A DNA stretch of 60,949 bases, taken from IMG/VR virus record IMGVR_UViG_3300034168_000130, positions 1 through 60,949 of that record; one strand, given 5' to 3'. Below, piece after piece: positions 58,201-60,949 of the stretch (the stretch's first letter is position 1; each line of letters opens with the position of its first letter). Below the pieces are notes generated by a model that was given only the letters and a program-made list of their open reading frames with translations, did no database searches and had not been told where the DNA came from. A program made the translations under genes and the position numbers. The DNA comes from a virus. Taxonomy: Duplodnaviria; Caudoviricetes.

Positions 58201-60136
58201 TATGCCCCAAGATCAACGAGCTGCAATCATCAAGGATATTGACGATGGTATGGGTCGGTTAGTTTGGCAATACGCCGAGTACAACGGAACCATCACTCGC
58301 TCTGGTTCTGAAAGTCGTGTTGGACAGAACATTGCTAGAACAGTCAGAGGCATCGCTACGACCTCCTCAGGTCTTGGCTACGGTCTCGCTCAGTCACCTG
58401 AACTTGTAATGGAAATCTTAAAGAACATTCCACAGACTAAAGGAGTTAGTGTGCCTGTTGGTTTATTTAAGTATGTCTCTAGCTTGCTCAAGTTCTGGGA
58501 CCGTAAAGACTCAGCTACTAGATATCAGGTAGGGGATCTTATTACATCTCTAGAAGAGTACAGTAAGGACCACTCAACCCATTTTAATGAAGGCATTGCT
58601 GACATTGACTTTGACACAGACATGAACTCACCGTACCGAGCGATCTGGAACTCAGGTCGTAACAGTGAAGGTATGACTGGTAAAGTAGCAGACTTCTTCC
58701 AACGCACAGGACAGACAGCTGTGCTTGCAGGTGGAGTAAACGATGGAACAAACCATACTCGATATTTTGGTAAAGCACGGCATGTTAGAGACTTGACCAC
58801 TATGATGAGAGATGGGAAGCTGAAAGAGTTCCTACGTTTCCGAGAGTTACCTGAGAATAAAGCTGCTATGCAAAAGCTGTTGGAAGGTAGCTTTGAATCC
58901 GCAGCAGAAGAACGTAAACTTTGGAAGATGCACAAAAGTCTTGCTCGTCAAGCCAAGGGGCTTGATCCACTTCTTGCCCTCAAGGCAATTAAAGTTGGAT
59001 TAGACACGCCACTAAAGCTTGAGGCAATGATGTATGGTATGAATGCAGCTAACGCCTTGGACGGTGTTCTGGACTTCAGGGATCTTCATATGGTCTATCG
59101 AGATCTTAAGAACATGAAGAGTCCTCCGATTGATCCTGAGCTGTATAAAGCAGCAGCTACAGACTTTCAATACGGAGTTGAAGGTTTAATTCGTAAGCGT
59201 TCAGGAACACACAGCTTTGGCTTGAATCAAAACCTAAGTGTGTTTAACTCACAGGATGAGGTAGGAAAACTACTGAATACCTTGACTACTTATATGCGAT
59301 CTTGGTTTGATGACGTTGCTTTAAATGCTCCTGAGCGTGGAGCCGTAGGTTTAATGTTTGGTGGTATCATCTCAGTAGCCGTAGTAGAAACAATAATTAC
59401 TCTCCTAAGAGAATGGATGTCTGGACGAGAAATGGAAGATATGATTGCTGAGCTAGAGAACGATCCAGCTGAGTACATCTTGAAGTTTGTCACTCGAATG
59501 CCAATCTTTGGTGTTATGACTCCAGTGTTTGAAGGTCTCCTTAAGTCAGCTAAATACTTGTCAGGTGGAGCTCAGAATAGTGGTAGTGGTCTTCTCGATA
59601 CCTTAAGTCAAATTGGTGGGGGTTCTCCTAACATAGGAGTTAACTCAGCTATGTCATTGTTAAAAACAACAGGCGAAGCAGGGTCGGATCTGATCACAGG
59701 AGCAATAGAGGGTGATACTAAGTTAATGGCTAAGGGAGCTTTACGAGTTCCTGGACACTTCTTCAACAAAACCATTTACGCTGCTCCCATGAGAATCATG
59801 GAAGAGCAGATGGACCTTGATGATAAACACACAGCTCAGTTCATCATTGATGGATTGCAGAAGAAGCCTTATCGGTACCTCAGTCAGCAACGTGGTGGTA
59901 GTGGTGGTTTCCGTGGAGGCAGCAGAGCAGCTCCTCAGTCACCTGTGGCAGCACCTGTAACAACACAGACTATGCCTTCCTCAGCAGCTCTCAAGGCAGC
60001 CCAGAGACCAGAGATGGGTCGTCAGGTAAAACAATATGTTCCACCTGCACCACCATATAAGCCAAACAGTGGGGTCAGTGAAAGACTTGGGAAACTGTTG
60101 GACAATCCAAGTTATACACCCACACCCCCAATGTAA
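49241..60136 (+). CDS. 3631-aa polyvalent internal virion protein (gp16-like position)
   Basis: G/A-rich hydrophobic N-region; HEIGH at 52193; ART-PolyVal-like FIAWFGDSKVVD..GNPLVVYH..G.YF..KNP..GFDGI at ~53290-53890; sigma-like segments 54443-55085; APK/APE repeats ~55850-55960. Confidence 0.85.
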   Translation: MKNLYTESSYDRNERPKAFPFYQDYQQNTYFAPNQGTEENLLFDPKGISDPINWGVKPRFTGEPTEAESRTLNQIQSLAFANVLNNSLVTLGKDPSQGLFLRQLIGQAAMQPVNVADEDINDAGIAREQTRLNDLMMQPEERLQQEGMGDLITQSMSKLAYMKARHNNTLVVPDTNIANYYRGQGWFGNIVGGIADMAMTVYDTAMDYNPAAPSVLSPTVVPALQRMGGDGLRVLRSMGFDNDAVLADLEKETGGLPSTSTADMVALVESFDRNFDYKTWFNEKIALDPTVRDGLLNYGVTEDLFIQSRNSTHALMTLMSKMNVSDIQRRLSNYVPTTYQSIYGFAASFKDGFVGSLDTAAEIAVEIGGTIAVDTAIGAAFFGAPTAGGAAPVGAVVGAAVGVGRGLQILYKTLSAAKQVMSSAWYLTGYGKLPRLAMQWGVLRTTGASALVGATSNSLIDYVGQKENIALANSLYFYNPDMQSVFSMDEVMGAAAAGALFGASLGMVGHVVSTVAVRGNNAAARNAFAQQGIDPAFAPQQRNPFQRTKDNIAAFRNRKAVTIQDPIAGAIQTAVSKGVDPTVVDINAAARTTSTAIDAASVASNPKDAANLPDHSLNRRQPNEPMRAFTIRAALGKFVTSVTDLLDADSAGGRFSLLTPREQYLTLLRTEDHMRDFSAMTDIETDLTNKAAGRPEQMRIIDPVTGRSSSPAANVAKLYSELDEARSTLEKTISKEDRAEARLAHKNGTELAPRTISSAVDKATSNVRGIMENASEGRHNPSIVTGPKVDTEATTGVPTGENAAQGTTAPALPTQKKVDEITKDTAEDMSLLTDEELADPKTRASIERNVTRQLFGGEKEHNLRSLSRGLAKARKLTLAQQARITAVLDNPRSFLKKAPGNPVYIKNFYARLDLLVKMGNITDVDRRIILASTVNTSFTSNVAAKISDIGTRGDNRASTSLQGDIKIGKLDTSVEGNTRVENVLHEIGHVEELHAYGQSLMDLRKLFTSEKEFLDAAQQVLGTDNFNKYYIAGNTQELMAQVKAKMMIDEVKLAVFLKTTNSTAVEKTLLNHVLRIGTSLMEVFASLKLSKVDAEDQMYTAVKEILYKLETGAAPLMTRVNYQQRVTGALKEFPKGKLSPTDKAAFAKAINTKISEGFKKNDLALQDMMFTKDEVQSLHALTVHSDGSVDPIRLDAYLNVKREGITVKEKAKFIKTFQSYMEINRRYLASTTDIYIASMKENGYKAVPTNPIVMDASLSKRDQIAALREYHRDLAPDEMLVTPSYLDPTFGNFDGDLALQFLVDSSTEPTLMMAPSSTLAAPELMNVKVAEFAQKHFGKRKGFNGKLASENFIAWFGDSKVVDAEGNPLVVYHATRSNLFTTFKASVTGLYGKGNYFATLAKVAENFIKDGSRYVDNTTGLSVDVIAEGGRVIPTFVSIKNPFITGTDPQFERLAMQKLGLSLSDLADRAQAIYERGLPDEALGIPNPIKDVDAAYPAAITELLQEGGFDGIQINFKKGDSYFIAFDSSQSKSSIANSGDFGSNEPNIMFAPRAKPSVAFTPELVVQRLAFLSTNLKDNPANAADFKTAMQGMFGMNDELFDALSKVKGEVKPDQMAEYHQAVIRRTVDALMAEKLAVGPEGVRRLNAVEREMNPVRASKQIAKTKEATIERARYEPVDNMPEDATDSKLYPNNPMNATMLENFWNDGVAGKQVLARLKSQGIDITDGTVFTSLADKMELIQAKGISILVDAKTGEIRSRNALINYIALAVQRNVFDTKGTVSKAGLTPASWSEFLATENDIIRTSRDGGAEITFDGTPTQHLAAEKKKDSELYQRFKKAYSKAYMTMDESGIRSTGTATKTSEAKVGQVKAEGLSIMVDYATSLEYDLFSKRDGGWQKFVITSLIEGKSYAEIAALANENGFKKKKANNVTDAVDAVRARFRAMLQEETGTDLTGMTDDQVQATGVLEAVKEKVDEANAKRDTAPVEDLAPERKSSDEILAETEKSATEQTNSDELTAALDTNEPTSQPVIAPEGSKGPVTAVVQVDGEAVGPLTPHVAPKTAEAVAKNPKTPKARFTSSTPKKVVVFTTGDARAMLKATGNVGKLFFASMKTMEGLLNALPKSALKDTDIAVVVKILKKMIASGEEKAAVAKFLALMKHLDIEAVKVIDPKDGRTVMNFIFAEQAWSYGGISRFTAKAKPKAAAPKTAAPKTAAAPKEAAPKEAAPTEAAPAETTTEAAPDGTQVPVMEPKEVPSNEIAGGSVVPVISEHDRLVTGLTEGNEALRDGGVDATSFTALFKKFVRSLSKESKKKLGTALPEEFKDLFMKFVELNAAIMHDNRTIFRSHKIVQTFWKQVDAMLAVEDGLQMKDTMRVRLTMKEIYAMAAAHVSTKQLRFLPPLTHENITIKNGKFGLRDVSKETQGVLARRDTGPIIAYTPEELAARKAAAATAAPAGPIGPVTAAAKKKGPLTVEEILDEDFNREGDPIVAAEAEIVLDNSARIDTIMGKIKTSFNQLLRQNNFISYLLGGSERTNRNRWRTWMSNTVNALQHASKLGLTVRAMNDELRFMAMFMDDSRAMTGQLVSPNGTPVRSAAKSKQEAVMFTANLTRIHHALEAEAQVLKLDPASRKLLQKMQIVAWQKKTTPTAKEMSDGLGGGDFTKMAGIMENYRKEMLHLNTEMLKLEEKTGWRTVTKNGKPVEADSYLPIQLHMQKLMAAMGDNQQYDNLLRSIVATRRATKMADESLDRNTLITMGIMNLEDNSKFYTQDRTFALTNNITLDADTLKKLKKFEVVTTESTDFTKTIGKEGRDFFIIQEGGKKATVYAMPTSVKDLSDADLKKYYDTVSGDQTNVTKVWKEEFNNKGLIEVEMKELLDFKSRQGRYHHTKNSMVNSRPVLDGNHHDEAFSTVRNFSVEELISDAELFKVARTDLHAAYQNFSRYRMFDLLFQESVDQLSGSPGLRPKEFFRMMEERIKQKADTMAKSMPQDQRAAIIKDIDDGMGRLVWQYAEYNGTITRSGSESRVGQNIARTVRGIATTSSGLGYGLAQSPELVMEILKNIPQTKGVSVPVGLFKYVSSLLKFWDRKDSATRYQVGDLITSLEEYSKDHSTHFNEGIADIDFDTDMNSPYRAIWNSGRNSEGMTGKVADFFQRTGQTAVLAGGVNDGTNHTRYFGKARHVRDLTTMMRDGKLKEFLRFRELPENKAAMQKLLEGSFESAAEERKLWKMHKSLARQAKGLDPLLALKAIKVGLDTPLKLEAMMYGMNAANALDGVLDFRDLHMVYRDLKNMKSPPIDPELYKAAATDFQYGVEGLIRKRSGTHSFGLNQNLSVFNSQDEVGKLLNTLTTYMRSWFDDVALNAPERGAVGLMFGGIISVAVVETIITLLREWMSGREMEDMIAELENDPAEYILKFVTRMPIFGVMTPVFEGLLKSAKYLSGGAQNSGSGLLDTLSQIGGGSPNIGVNSAMSLLKTTGEAGSDLITGAIEGDTKLMAKGALRVPGHFFNKTIYAAPMRIMEEQMDLDDKHTAQFIIDGLQKKPYRYLSQQRGGSGGFRGGSRAAPQSPVAAPVTTQTMPSSAALKAAQRPEMGRQVKQYVPPAPPYKPNSGVSERLGKLLDNPSYTPTPPM

Positions 60137-60172
60137 GACCACAAATAGGAAATGACCAATGTGGTAGATTAC

Positions 60173-60190
60173 CAATGGTTGGGGCTATAG
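60173..60190 (+). promoter_or_regulatory. Phage RNAP promoter near right end (phi-OR-like)
   Basis: CAATGGTTGGGGCTATAG, intergenic. Confidence 0.8.
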
Positions 60191-60194
60191 ATAA

Positions 60195-60305
60195 ACTATA
60201 AGTTAACCTTAGGTTAACCTATAGGTTTTTGTAAGTTGTTGTTGTTTAAGTTACCCTTAGGTTAACCTAAGGTTCTCCCTAAAGTTAACCTATAGTTCTC
60301 CCTAG
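60195..60305. repeat. Short repeat / palindrome cluster (T7 SRR-like)
   Basis: Four GTTAACC copies, CCTAAAG/CCTATAG/CCTAAGG/CCTTAGG units, perfect palindrome CCTTAGGTTAACCTAAGG (60255-60272). Confidence 0.7.
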
Positions 60306-60427
60306 TCAATCACCATGGTAAATACAACAACACATAAACACTCAAAGTTATACTCTTTGGGGTCCCCTAGGTATTAGCCTAGGTACTCCCTGCTCGGTCA
60401 TCCGTTGTAAAATAATAAGGATATCTA

Positions 60428-60709
60428 ATGAAAGATTCACGTCTCAGTCGAGCTGGTGTCAAAGGTTTCAATCAACCTAAGAAGACCCCCAGCCATCCTA
60501 AGAAGTCTCATGTCGTAGTTGCTAAGTCTGGTACTACAATCAAAACAATCCGCTTTGGCGAACAAGGTGCATCCACTGCGGGTGCTCCCAAGGCTGGAGA
60601 GTCTGACCGTATGAAGGCTAAGAGAAAATCCTTCAAGGCACGGCATTCCCAGAATATCGCCAAGGGGAAGCTAAGTGCTGCTTACTGGGCTGACAAGGTT
60701 AAGTGGTAA
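60428..60709 (+). CDS. Conserved basic phage hypothetical protein
   Basis: TAAGGA RBS; KSHVV.AK..K.IRFG, RKSFKARH, SAAYWA..KW. Confidence 0.8.
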   Translation: MKDSRLSRAGVKGFNQPKKTPSHPKKSHVVVAKSGTTIKTIRFGEQGASTAGAPKAGESDRMKAKRKSFKARHSQNIAKGKLSAAYWADKVKW

Positions 60710-60722
60710 ATCGACTTAGGGG

Positions 60723-60949
60723 TCAAAGATTTACGAGGGGGTACTCCCAACAGTCCGAAGAGCCCGACCCCCGTCGCCCCTGCGAGGCGTTGCCCTGCGC
60801 CGAGAACCAAAGGGCAACCGAGGGGGGGGGGGGGGGAGGGCAACCCTTGAAAAATCTTCGCATCTTCTCCACTTTATTTGATCTCGTCAGTATTACTTTG
60901 TCAGTTCGACTGACGGCTACTAGCCTACCCTACGGGGTGGAGGACATAG
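60723..60949. repeat. Right direct terminal repeat
   Basis: Copy of 1-226 with one extra G. Confidence 0.85.

Noticed and set aside
32217-59493. Many minus-strand ORFs (e.g. 51082..51957, 37316..37882)
   Set aside because: Antisense shadows of long plus-strand genes; no RBS or motifs.
1-60949. Stop-codon reassignment or lysogeny module
   Set aside because: Core genes are intact in the standard code, no suppressor tRNA; no integrase or repressor recognised.

Overview
The window is an apparently complete ~60.9 kb genome of a large, divergent T7-like podophage (Autographiviridae-like), bounded by a 226/227-bp direct repeat (1-226 = 60723-60949). All credible genes are on the + strand. Order: (i) an ~8 kb early region with small ORFs, three tRNAs (Arg-TCT, Ile-TAT, Leu-TAA), GP88-like, citrate-synthase-fold and DUF932 proteins, and ~1.1 kb of densely structured non-coding sequence containing a 3-unit repeat array; (ii) single-subunit RNA polymerase; (iii) replication and nucleotide genes (metallophosphoesterase, SSB, RusA, primase-helicase, PolA, dNMP kinase, exonuclease, dUTPase, class II RNR); (iv) portal, scaffold, capsid, tail tube A/B, four fibre genes, putative lysis membrane proteins, terminase; (v) a sulfotransferase-like gene and, last, the ejection-protein block ending in a 3631-aa polyvalent protein (zincin, ART-PolyVal and ECF-sigma-like modules). 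A phage promoter, TAATAGTTGGGGCTATAG (same length and ends as the T7 promoter, different core), can be read from the sequence. Best candidates for undescribed biology: the early structured-RNA array/large ncRNA (1852-2945) and the giant protein that may deliver a sigma-like domain. All calls come from motif recognition and base-pairing by eye; no searches or folding were run.
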